A stretch of DNA of 63,126 nt, counting the filler, from Stramenopiles sp. TOSAG23-3 (lineage: Eukaryota): assembly GCA_900128585.1 (NCBI GenBank). It is 31 parts of 31 records of this genome, joined end to end, with 100 filler letters (N's around TTAATTAATTAA, not from the genome) between each part and the next. Parts side by side here need not be neighbours in the genome. Positions count along the whole stretch, not along the records: positions 1 to 1,954 come from LT645205.1; positions 2,055 to 4,008 come from LT645206.1; positions 4,109 to 6,060 come from LT645207.1; positions 6,161 to 8,111 come from LT645208.1; positions 8,212 to 10,160 come from LT645209.1; 26 more parts are not named here. One strand, given 5' to 3'. Position 1 is the stretch's first letter; every line of letters starts with the position of its first letter. A program made the position numbers and the translations under genes. Shown in pieces: positions 1-10,260 of this stretch. Below the pieces are notes generated by a model. That model had not been told where the DNA came from. It searched no databases and was given only the letters and a program-made list of their open reading frames with translations.

Positions 1-2
1 TG

Positions 3-1954
3 AAGAGTTTGAATCTGACGGGGGGAGATGTGAGTCACGAAGCAGATTCAACTGGAGCAGATCAAACTGGCGGGTACGGGGGGGCAGTTTGTGTTAGGGG
101 TGAATTTCATGGAGAAAATTTGGCGATAACAACCAATAAAGCTACTCGGGGCGGAGGCATAAATGTTGCTGGTGGAACTTGCATTTTGGTCAATTGTAGC
201 TTTGATAGAAACAATGCTACGATTTATGCTGGAGGTATGTATGTGTGCTGGTTGGCAAATGCAGAATTATCAGGAACTAAGTTTTATAAGAATGAAGCTA
301 TCATGTATGGCGGTGGAGTAGGGTGTATTGACTCTACGTGTACAATTAAAGAAAAGTCCATATTTGAAGAAAATGAAGTCGTATCAAAAGAAAGTGCATG
401 GTACGGCGGCGGTGCAATTTATAATTACGGCGCAGCAGTTACTTCAATTAGAGATTCCTCTTTTATGAACAATAAAGCGCAACATGGAGATGAAATATTT
501 AGTCAAAAAGTCAATGCGCAACGACCTAAATTGATATTGATTAACGCAAAATTTAGCGATTCCGACAATAATTTTGCTGGACTTAGTAACGTAAATCAAC
601 AATGCGAAGGGGAAAACGGGTATTGCGGAACTGAACCCATGGCTAGGTCGTGCAACGATTTAAAGTTACGCCGCTACCCCAGTGGAAGATATATTCTTCA
701 AGACTCTGCGAATGATGTTTTTGAAACATATTGCGATATGGATTCAGACGATGGGGGATGGACATTAGTTGCTTCAGTTGTAACACAAAGTTTATTGTGG
801 CAAGCTAGTACATATTCAGACAAGGACAGTAGTGCACTGAGGAAAACATTAGGAAATCCATCCTTGAACGACAATTATTTATTGAGACTTCCAACTTGGA
901 AAGGTCTTTTCTCGTATTCCGGCGTTTGTTTTGAATTACGTTTAACGGAAAAACAAATGGCGGAAGAAGGAGGAACCGTTCGAACATTAGGAACATTAGT
1001 CGGTCTTCAGATGACTGATGCTCTTGGGTTTACCGACCCAAAACATATATTAAATGGAACTGGGTTCTCGGTAGATGGTCTCGGTAGTTGTGTTATCCAA
1101 TATACCAGTAATTTTGAAGCTGCTGTTACCAAGGTGCAGTTCCATGGTTCATCCTGCTCATATGCTTCGTCAATTGGGTGGCATGGTTATTGTGGTTATC
1201 CTGTTTTTGGACACAGTGTACCATTTTATAGCATACCAAATATTACCGGTGGGTTTGTGCATGCATGCAACCTTAGATTAGGGTATTATTGCACAAGTAC
1301 TCGTTGGGGCACCTATAATGGTAACGGAGTGCAAGGTTTTTGCATTTACGCTAAGAAGTGGTACTGGATTCGGGCAACTCCTCAAGCCGAGCCAACACTA
1401 TGTACGGACTATGGCTACCCAAACAGTATAATTGATTACAAACTCAACCCGAACGAAGGCGTGGAATGCAAACCAAAATGCGAATTTCTACAAAACTTTC
1501 CAGCAGAGATGATTAAATTTTCCGCCACCATCACCAGCGATTGCATCTTATACAAACAAATTGTAGTAACCGGCTCCGTGAATATCACCGGCGTTCCAGA
1601 TGCGCAAGGGAACCTTCCCAAAATCATCGGCGGCGGGGCGAACCGTTTGTTCAAGGTGGAGAGCGTCGGAAAGCTGGTGGTGAAGTATTTGAACTTGACG
1701 GGGGGTATAGCAAGCGAAACAGATGAGAATGGTTGGGGTGGTGCCGTTCTTGTTTCTGGTTCGTTTACTGCAATATCTTCATTTCTTTGGGGAAACCAAG
1801 GATATAGAGGTGGAGCAATTCTAGGCAAAAATAGTGGCTCCAATATTCAAATCTTTAATTCCACAATTTCTCATAATGCTGCACATTATGGAGCTGGATT
1901 ATATGCAAAGGAAAACTTGTACGTTATCGATAGCAAAATTGAGCATAATGTGGG
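3..1954 (+). CDS. Partial modular surface protein: parallel beta-helix (polymorphic membrane protein-like) repeats flanking a fibrinogen/intelectin-like domain
   Basis: Open frame across the contig with GGA(V/I) and FxxNxA repeats. ARSCNDLK..PSGRYIL..FETYCDMDSDDGGWTLVASV is the fibrinogen C-terminal domain signature. Confidence 0.8.
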
Positions 1955-2054
1955 NNNNNNNNNNNNNNNNNNNNNNNNNNNNNNNNNNNNNNNNNNNNTT
2001 AATTAATTAANNNNNNNNNNNNNNNNNNNNNNNNNNNNNNNNNNNNNNNNNNNN
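1955..2054. other. Artificial contig spacer N44-TTAATTAATTAA-N44 (first of 30 spacers, recurring about every 2.03-2.05 kb)
   Basis: The same 100-nt structure recurs throughout, with stops in all six frames. Contig lengths fall from 1954 to about 1926 bp. Confidence 0.99.
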
Positions 2055-2056
2055 GT

Positions 2057-4008
2057 AACTTTGTGGACTCCGATACGTTGTATTGTCGATTTGGAAACTC
2101 TACTTCGGTATTAGGCCGATGGATATCTGGTGACCGAGTTGATTGTCGATTTCCTATTGTCCAGAAACAAAGATATTTGCAACAAGGGATTGAGATAAAT
2201 TCAGATATTTTACCATCCTCCGAAGCAGAAGTTCAAGTTGTACAGGTGTCAGACTCTTGGAATACCCAGACCGTTATGATGTCGTCATTGGATACAATAA
2301 GTGAGGGCTCATTCAAATTAATATACAACCACAAAGAGTCTGCCTGTATTTCACACAATGCATCTTCGAATAGCATAAAAAGTATTCTTGAAATGCTGCC
2401 TGGCATAACGTCAGTCGAGGTCGAAACAACTATGGAACGTTTGTGGCGAAGGCACATTATTCGGTTTAGTAGTCCAACCACGGGAGTTGAAGAATTGAAA
2501 AGTATATCTGTGGGTACAGGTCAGTGCCAGGCTTTCGTTTGCGGCGGTCAAGCATGTAGCTCGCACAGTATTACATTAAATGAACATAGTGGTTTAGGTC
2601 ATTTTGATCGGGGAAACTTTTTTCAACTATCTGCCACTTTTTCAAAATCCAATTGTGCACTATGTTCATATTATGGTAAAGCTACTACGGGGAAAATAGA
2701 CTGGGAGGCTTCCATGGACTCTGTCAACTCAATTCAAAGTCGTTTGAATGAATTGCCGTTGATTGCGAGCAGCCTGGGTGATAATGGAACCAAAGGGGTT
2801 CGAGTTTCTCGTAGTCGATTGGAAAATCGTGAGGGGTATATTTTTAGTATTACTTTCAGCGGAAGTTCTGTTATTGGCAACATACCACAGTTTTCAGTTG
2901 CACCTTCTGGTGTTAAAAAATTGGGCAATACACTCAGCACAGATGATGTCAAAATTTCGGTGACAACGTTTCAAGAGGGGTATGAACCAAGTGTTGCATT
3001 TGGATACGGAAAAGAATCAACCCACTGTGTTCAATTAACCGGGCATCAAGGACCCCACTCTTTAAAAGAACAACTTGAGTCTTTGGCGCAAATTGACCAC
3101 GCATCTATTGAAAATGTGGTGTATCCTCAATTTTCATTTTTCAGTGTCCGCATTGAGTCTCCATCAATCCCACAAAGGATGCGGCATGAACCATTGACAC
3201 TTTTCCCTTTGCGTGTTATGGAACTAGATGCGTGCAAACAAGGCAAACTGATGTGGCCTACTGTTTCTTTATCTGCACTCAATGGCGCTAACGTTCCACT
3301 TCATTCTGCTCGAGAACTGCGGGTAAGTATGACAAACAACGGAGTCGATTACACTACAACAAACAGCACGTTCATGGTTTTACCTGAAAGTGAAGTTTCG
3401 AAAGTATCCCCAAGGTTTGTGTTTTCACGGAGTCTTTACTGTCGGTTTGGTTTGTCTGCAGTGGCGGCAATGTATGTCAACGAAACTACTGTTGTATGTA
3501 CAGCCCCTGATATTCCAGCGGGTGTAGTAAATGTTACTGTGAGTAGCAATGGGGTCGACTACAGCAGTTCGAAAGCGACGTATGAATACGTAGCTGCACA
3601 TCATATCCAGAGTATTTTGCCTCGATCTGGATCCGTATCTGGGTCTACTTTGGTTTCAATTACCGGTACAGATTTCAAAAATACATCTGGTTTGTTCTGT
3701 CGTTTTGGTACATTGGAACCGATCAAAGGTACTTTTGTGTCGAAGACACTAATCCAGTGTCTGTCCCCAAGCAATGGGGCGGGTATTGTGTCCGTAGAAG
3801 TAACTACGAATGGTGCTGATTATAGTGAAGATATGGTTCAGTACCGATACTTTGCATCGCCTGCAATATCGCACGTAATTCCAAGTAGTGGCCCGACTGA
3901 AGGTGGTACCGTGGTCAGTGTTTACGGTCGTAACTTTGTGGACTCCGATACGTTGTATTGTCGATTTGGAAACTCTACTTCGGTATTAGGCCGATGGATA
4001 TCTGGTGA
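2057..4008 (+). CDS. Partial giant IPT/TIG-repeat surface protein
   Basis: Repeated PxSGxxxGGTxVxxxGxNF..L(Y/F)CRFG..C.(S/A)P..V.V..NG.DY IPT motifs, plus EVQ-type beta-rich modules. The frame is open throughout. Confidence 0.85.
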
Positions 4009-4951
4009 NNNNNNNNNNNNNNNNNNNNNNNNNNNNNNNNNNNNNNNNNNNNTTAATTAATTAANNNNNNNNNNNNNNNNNNNNNNNNNNNNNNNNNNNN
4101 NNNNNNNNTTCTGTTTTCTGTTTTCTGTTTTTTGATTATTTTTTAAATATTAATGTAATGAAACAAAATTCTTGCACGCCCCCAGATCCAATCGCCTTTT
4201 CATCTTTTCTATGTCATCCCAATGCAACATCGTGCAATGAAACGGATTGAGAACGAATCGTTTGATGGTGAAAGAATTTCTTTCCGTGTCGACGAGTATA
4301 TTCCGTACTGTGTTCGTGTTGTTGTGTGGTTAAAAGAAAAGAAAAAGAATGAAAAAACATCAATGCTATTTCTATCTTAATTAAATGCCATAATTGCCAA
4401 CGAAGCTCAAGGTCAAAAGGTTCGTAGTGAATGCTGTGTTGATGTTCTCTTGCCATCGCCCAAATCCTATATCATAGTTAGAATTAGGGTTAATAAAACG
4501 AATGGTGGGGAGGATTTGATACTTAATGTTACTCTGAGACTATACCTTATCAATAGAATATATGAACAGTACTGTGAAGACCTTGAATATACGTCGATAG
4601 GGTTTATTAGAAATGGTTTTAATGCCAATGCAATGTAAATGAAATATTAAAATGTATATGTAGTGTATTTTAGACTATGCTTCTATATAACCCTAAAATT
4701 AACACTATTATTGGATTCGAGAGCAAAAGAGAAGATAGAAAAAGATAAAATAAAAATATAGACAACTTTGACACACATATCATAAGTTTATTAGAAAATA
4801 TGCACTTGGATTAAACTGATATGGAGAAGACAGAAAGTAAAATTTGAAGGTTTGAAACCAAAACATCAAACAAAGTGAAATGCTCTTAATTTTTTGACCT
4901 TTTACGCGGAGAGTGGTGTACTCTTTTTCTATGATTATGTTTAATTTATAT

Positions 4952-5788
4952 TTATTGGATCTCCATTTCGGTGATCCCTTTTCTCAATGGTTCGCAGGAA
5001 CTGAGATTGGACTGGAAACGACTTTGTAACTGTTGGGGCCGTGGGCAGACGGCGGTGACCTCTTTGGCATGGGCGGCCGTGTGAAACTCAAACGGGACCG
5101 TATCGCTCCGTTCGATCGTTTGGAGAGGACCTTCCTGGTAAAAATCCACAAATTCGCTATCGATGCTCCCGACCAAAAGTTTCGACGGTTCATTCGATTG
5201 CTCGGCGCCCATCGCAACACCTGGGGACATACAGTTATAACTCTTCAACACCAACTTCGGGTTCTTGTGCTCCCAAAACTCAACGGGCGCCGCCTTCCCA
5301 CTGCTACTCACAGTACTACTGTGCTCGCTGCTGCCCCACGCCCCCATGCCGGGGGGGGTCCCGTAGCCCCACCGGTTCGGGCTTGTGCCTATCTTAATGC
5401 TCTTCGTCCGCTGCGGGGACGTCCCGGAGTAAATTTGGTTGTACATCATTTCGTTCTGATCACTGCTTCGGCGCCGCTTGTTGCTCTCTTTCATCACGAT
5501 ACCGACGGGGTTGGTTCTACCGCTGACGTTTCGGTTGAAAGTGGTCTCGACGGGCTGCACGGCGTTCGTCGTATCCCCCATCATCTGGACATCCGTGAGC
5601 GAGTTGTACGACGATCCGTACGATCCCACTAATGCGTCGCCAGAAAACGACCTACTTCGCGCGTTCTCGGCCAGCTGCTGGGCGACCGGATTCAAGGCCC
5701 CCATACGGTCCCCGTTGTGCTTCCCGACCACCGGCATGAACCTGGTCTCCTCGTCTAAAAGAAACTGCAGCTCATCATCCCCATTCAT
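4952..5788 (-). CDS. Hypothetical Ser/Gly-rich, largely disordered protein
   Basis: 278-codon ATG ORF in a GC-rich island between AT-rich flanks; no domain recognised. Confidence 0.6.
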   Translation of the reverse strand: MNGDDELQFLLDEETRFMPVVGKHNGDRMGALNPVAQQLAENARSRSFSGDALVGSYGSSYNSLTDVQMMGDTTNAVQPVETTFNRNVSGRTNPVGIVMKESNKRRRSSDQNEMMYNQIYSGTSPQRTKSIKIGTSPNRWGYGTPPGMGAWGSSEHSSTVSSSGKAAPVEFWEHKNPKLVLKSYNCMSPGVAMGAEQSNEPSKLLVGSIDSEFVDFYQEGPLQTIERSDTVPFEFHTAAHAKEVTAVCPRPQQLQSRFQSNLSSCEPLRKGITEMEIQ

Positions 5789-6160
5789 TGGTAGCACACA
5801 CTAACAAAAACAATCACACCAACCGAACGAACAGTTTCGATTAATCTAAAGGCTTAATTTGTGGTACAGGCTTGCAAAGATATTTTATTTGATTGCAAGT
5901 ACTATCTGTGGGTGGTTTGGTTGGCTTCTTCTTTCGTTGTTTCTCCAACTCCATATTATTGTATTTATTTATATTTTTTATCATCGATCGATCATCAAGA
6001 CACCACACCACCACCACCATCATATCATACAACACCACAGAAGAAGAAGAAGAAGGAAATNNNNNNNNNNNNNNNNNNNNNNNNNNNNNNNNNNNNNNNN
6101 NNNNTTAATTAATTAANNNNNNNNNNNNNNNNNNNNNNNNNNNNNNNNNNNNNNNNNNNN

Positions 6161-7579
6161 GAACGCTACCAAAACTGTTCTGAAGTCCAGATTAAATCTA
6201 TATTAAATTCCATTAAATCTTCAAAATTCCCGCTTACCACGCTCCTTTTTGTGAAACACTTACAGGCTTATAAGGGGAAACCAAGACTTTGCGTTAAAAA
6301 CATACATGAAATTCTAGAAAGTGAAACTTGCAGTAGCATTGCAACGGAAAAAATGGTGTTCGACTCACTGAGGCCAGTAGTGAAACGTATCATGGGTCGC
6401 GCTATTTCGTTACAACTGTTAAACTTGTCGCAGAGGTTACAATCTCTTCTCGTTAATGCTACTAAGATTGTTGACACCGCGTTGAATTTGCTGCCCAAAG
6501 ACCATAATGTGCTAGATTCGCTTGAGTTTACTGCAATGGCACAGTCTGTCATGACAGTAGAAGGTATTGAAATCAATTGTGCTCGATTGTTTCAAACAAA
6601 AAAATCTGCGCATTTTTTTATTGGGGCTTTACTTCTCAGAATTGCTTTGCAATGGGTCGTGTGTGGTGATTTTGCGGCGCGATATTTACAACGGTGTTTT
6701 CGTCGCTTTATTTTGAAGCGACAAGGTAACCGGGTACGGTTGAAAGCTCGCCGTTCCGTGACAAAAATACAGGCGCAGTGGCGAAGAATGCTAAGCAGAC
6801 GTTATGCATTTTCATTGCGTTCTCAATATTTGGCATCCTGGGAGCAGTTGTATGACGAAGAGCGCCAAATATATTATTTCTTCGACAATTTAACACAATC
6901 ATCTCACTGGAATTCTCCTCCAATCCCTTTTAAACCATGCGGATGGTGGCCACCTGAAGAAGAGAACGAGATAGCAGCTGCTGGATTTTGCTCATCATGT
7001 TTTACAGAAAGAGCAACAAGAATTTGTAATGGCTGTTTTGATAAAAAAACTGGTGGTGGAATTGAATACTGTTTTGCGTGTTTTGCTCTTGGCCACAAGG
7101 ATTCCATGGAAATGTTATCCCACACCTTCAATTTAACATCACCTGTCCAAGACGTGCATCTGTATTGTATTGAATGCGAATCGCCGGCGTCTATAAAGTG
7201 CCGTGATTGTGAAGATTCGTACTGCAAAGCATGCTTTCGGCGTATGCATAAAAAAGGAAAGCGGAAATTACACAGTTACTACACATTTGATATAAATTGC
7301 CCAGCATGTGTCGAATGCAAGGATGATATTGCATCAGTTAAATGTGTATCTTGCGATGATTATTTTTGTAATGCATGTTTCAAGTTAATTCACGAGCACG
7401 GAAAGAAAGTAAAACATCAAGTTTTGACTCTGAATGCAGTGAAGAAAGATGTGTTGGTGGTCTTGCAACCGCAAGTCAAAGATCAGCTTAATCCCACAGG
7501 CCATTTGGGAAGGAGGGGGAAGATTACAGAAGGATGGCGGAACCTGCGACCAACATGTCCTCCGCCCCCCAAGTTTTAA
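6161..7579 (+). CDS. 5'-partial IQ-motif / WW / tandem B-box zinc finger protein
   Basis: IQAQWRRMLSRR (IQ), WEQLYDEERQIYYFFDNLTQSSHWNSP (WW), and three CxxC..CxxC..CxxC..H..H B-box-like units. Confidence 0.85.
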   Translation, partial: ERYQNCSEVQIKSILNSIKSSKFPLTTLLFVKHLQAYKGKPRLCVKNIHEILESETCSSIATEKMVFDSLRPVVKRIMGRAISLQLLNLSQRLQSLLVNATKIVDTALNLLPKDHNVLDSLEFTAMAQSVMTVEGIEINCARLFQTKKSAHFFIGALLLRIALQWVVCGDFAARYLQRCFRRFILKRQGNRVRLKARRSVTKIQAQWRRMLSRRYAFSLRSQYLASWEQLYDEERQIYYFFDNLTQSSHWNSPPIPFKPCGWWPPEEENEIAAAGFCSSCFTERATRICNGCFDKKTGGGIEYCFACFALGHKDSMEMLSHTFNLTSPVQDVHLYCIECESPASIKCRDCEDSYCKACFRRMHKKGKRKLHSYYTFDINCPACVECKDDIASVKCVSCDDYFCNACFKLIHEHGKKVKHQVLTLNAVKKDVLVVLQPQVKDQLNPTGHLGRRGKITEGWRNLRPTCPPPPKF

Positions 7580-7867
7580 TTACCATGGTTCTTGATTGCG
7601 CCACTTAGTGGTACCGACATTAAACTGAAAAGTGTTCGTAAGAGATTGCCACAATTGCTATTTTTCCCCACCAAAAAACTTAATTTGGTGACTAAAAGTT
7701 AAAATACTTTCCACGGCCCTTTGGCCCTGTGGGGTCCTACGCTAACCATCGTGGGTACGAGTACTACATACACCCTCTTCCGAATAATCCCAATCAACTT
7801 CTTGGCTATGAACTACTGAAACACCTGCGTCTAGCTGAATATTTGAGAGTAAAAGGTTTTATCTTTG

Positions 7868-7915
7868 AAAACAAATAATTGCTGTTATTTAGGTATTTAA
7901 ATTCATATTACTGAG
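7868..7915 (+). repeat. 3'-element family copy (degenerate)
   Basis: aaaacaaataattgctgttatttaggtatttaaattcat, about 290 bp after the stop at 7579. Confidence 0.65.
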
Positions 7916-7994
7916 ATTCTAGCAATTTAAAAAAAAATAATGTCTGTCATATAATAGCTTTATTCAGCATTTAAAAATATATAATAAAAGTTGG

Positions 7995-8111
7995 ATGAGG
8001 AAGTTGATTAAGGGTCATGTGGAAGCATTGCCAATCCATCTACTGATTCAGATCATAAATGGAGTACATCTGAGAATGATAGTCAAGACTAAGTGACAAG
8101 GGTATATCGAT
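7995..8111 (+). repeat. Second dispersed repeat family (~117 bp); other copies at 20981-21045 (-) and 54977-55021 (+)
   Basis: gatgaggaagttgatta..ggaagcattgc..aatcc is shared with 54977. agatcataaatggagtacatctgagaatgatagtcaa..aagtgacaagggta is shared (reverse complement) with 20981. Confidence 0.85.
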
Positions 8112-8212
8112 NNNNNNNNNNNNNNNNNNNNNNNNNNNNNNNNNNNNNNNNNNNNTTAATTAATTAANNNNNNNNNNNNNNNNNNNNNNNNNNNNNNNNN
8201 NNNNNNNNNNNG

Positions 8213-8737
8213 AATTCCTCTGCTTTCCGAAATCCTATCCATGCACGTGCTTATTTTTCCACCGGTCCCACGTCAACGGACGACTCGGTTGATTCAACCG
8301 CGCCGAAACCGAAACGTGGGAAGAAAGGGGGAAGAAAGAGGCGAAAGAAAGCACCAGGGGGGAAAGAAGTGCCATCCCCGACGGAAACCGAATCTGCTGC
8401 AAAACCGAAAAAAGACGACGAAAAAAAGCCTGGTAAACTGCAACAAATCAAGATGTACATAAAGGAGTACAAGTGGGTATTTTTAGCGTATTGGACTGGC
8501 ACGTGGGCTGCCGGTGCCGTAGTATGCTACGGGGCCCTGGAAGTTACCGGAGTAGATGGCATCGGGATTCTTCGCTACTTAGGCTCGGATAATATTTATG
8601 ATATATCGGGATGGAACCCGAAAATTGTAAATGGGTTCCTTGCTATTGAAATAAATGAATTTTTGGAACTGGTCCGTTTCCCCGTAATTCTTGCGACTAC
8701 ACCCAAACTTGCAAAGTGGTGGCGAAGCGAAAAGTAA
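8213..8737 (+). CDS. 5'-partial FAM210/DUF1279-like mitochondrial membrane protein
   Basis: KIK.YIKEYKWVFLAYWTGTW..GVD..GFLAIEINEFLELVRFPVILATTPKLA. The upstream open frame contains ARAYFST, resembling a presequence cleavage site. Confidence 0.75.
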   Translation, partial: NSSAFRNPIHARAYFSTGPTSTDDSVDSTAPKPKRGKKGGRKRRKKAPGGKEVPSPTETESAAKPKKDDEKKPGKLQQIKMYIKEYKWVFLAYWTGTWAAGAVVCYGALEVTGVDGIGILRYLGSDNIYDISGWNPKIVNGFLAIEINEFLELVRFPVILATTPKLAKWWRSEK

Positions 8738-8808
8738 AGAAGAAAGATGAGGGGACAGCACATTTCATTTAGTAAAGAAGAAAGATGAGAGGACAGCACA
8801 TTTCATTT
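8733..8808 (+). repeat. 38-bp tandem duplication spanning the stop codon
   Basis: agtaaagaagaaagatgag(g/a)ggacagcacatttcattt occurs twice with one mismatch. Confidence 0.9.
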
Positions 8809-8810
8809 TT

Positions 8811-8906
8811 AAATTACAGCCAATTTTTTGTTTTTAAACTAAAAATGATAAGCAAGAAAATTGGCTGTTATTTAAGTAATCAAAATTCATGTACTGCGAG
8901 CTGAAC
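8811..8906. repeat. Inverted pair of 3'-element copies between convergent genes
   Basis: acagccaattttttgttttt (8817, -) and caagaaaattggctgttatttaagtaatcaaaattcatgtactgcgagctgaa (8853, +). Confidence 0.85.
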
Positions 8907-8966
8907 TCTAGATTTAGACTAAAATTTATTAAAAAAACAACTTCAGTATAAGGCCTATGATAGATG

Positions 8967-10160
8967 TTACAGGCCCCAATGTTCAAATTTGGCGACAAGG
9001 GATTCTTCGTGTTCCAATTCTTTCTGTGCCTCTTCCTCTTTGGTGTCGTACAACGCCATCTCTAATACCTCGGTGCACTGTGGCACTGCATTGTCAAGTT
9101 CTTTGTTAATCTTGCGGTCGGTCTCGACATCGTGTACCATTTGTGAGGAGAATTTGAGCATCTGGTGACGCCGGGCATGCATGACTATCCGCTGACTCAG
9201 CTTCATGTTTTCTTTCTTGCGTGCTTTCACCAAGTCTTTCTCTCGCCGCTCGCTATCCATCTTCAACTTGCCCTTTAAGAATTTAATTTTCCTTCTTAAC
9301 TTTCTCATTTTCTTTTTTTTCCCTCCCAAATCGTTCTCCACTTCCAACCGTCTCTCCTCTTCTGCAAACGCGTTGTACCCAATCGTACACGAACTTCCCG
9401 AAGATGGACTTTTCACCGGACTACTAAGTGTCTTCGTTACTTCGTATCTACCCTTTGGTCTTTTAAACGATCGGCGTGGTCGCTCCAACTGCTTCGTGCG
9501 CTTCTGTATCGTCTTTATTTTATTGTACACATTACTGGAGTGAAATGACAAACGTTTTAAAGCCGTCACTTTCTTTCGTTTTGCTTCGCATATGTTTGCA
9601 ATCTCTTTGCTGGCCCTAAAAGAGCCTGATAGATCGACTATAAAATCCCTCCACATCGGCCAGAACCGTTTCCCGAGAAAATGCCTGTGCCGATGCCACC
9701 AGCCCCTGAATGTGCACTGTATTTTTGCTGCCATCATTGCCCGATGCGACGCTTCGCGCAATTGCCTTTGACGCGCCAGGGTATACCCCCTTGCAATATA
9801 ACCTCTGGCAATTGCCTGGATTTGCACTGCAACATCATTTTCAAGCTGTCTAATCTCTCGGACCATTGCAACATATTTACGAGCCCGCTCCACTCCGAAA
9901 AAGAACAATTGTATTGTTTGAGCTGCTTTGAAGCGTATTCGCTTAAACCTCAGCCGAAACAGAAACCACCTAATGTTCTTTTGCAAGAGGAGCGCAGCTG
10001 CTCGGCGGCTTTCTCGCCTGGTCTTTAAGAACTTCAAAATCGCTCTTGCTTTTCGTCGTCGTCTATAAAATCGTTGTACAACCGTAGCAAAGGCGTTTCT
10101 GCGTTCTTTTATTCGTATGCTGCGCAATGTGTCCAATATAGAAAAACCGCTCGCACGAAA
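8967..10160 (-). CDS. 5'-partial multi-IQ-motif basic coiled-coil protein
   Basis: VQRFYR, LQKNIR, IQAIARGYIAR and IQCTFRGW IQ motifs. Confidence 0.8.
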   Translation of the reverse strand, partial: FRASGFSILDTLRSIRIKERRNAFATVVQRFYRRRRKARAILKFLKTRRESRRAAALLLQKNIRWFLFRLRFKRIRFKAAQTIQLFFFGVERARKYVAMVREIRQLENDVAVQIQAIARGYIARGYTLARQRQLREASHRAMMAAKIQCTFRGWWHRHRHFLGKRFWPMWRDFIVDLSGSFRASKEIANICEAKRKKVTALKRLSFHSSNVYNKIKTIQKRTKQLERPRRSFKRPKGRYEVTKTLSSPVKSPSSGSSCTIGYNAFAEEERRLEVENDLGGKKKKMRKLRRKIKFLKGKLKMDSERREKDLVKARKKENMKLSQRIVMHARRHQMLKFSSQMVHDVETDRKINKELDNAVPQCTEVLEMALYDTKEEEAQKELEHEESLVAKFEHWGL

Positions 10161-10260
10161 NNNNNNNNNNNNNNNNNNNNNNNNNNNNNNNNNNNNNNNN
10201 NNNNTTAATTAATTAANNNNNNNNNNNNNNNNNNNNNNNNNNNNNNNNNNNNNNNNNNNN

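Noticed and set aside
2055-4008. 79-bp direct terminal repeat as a circular element or LTR
   Set aside because: The repeat lies inside an IPT domain of a repeat protein and has a k-mer-like length; it is best explained as a collapsed domain repeat.
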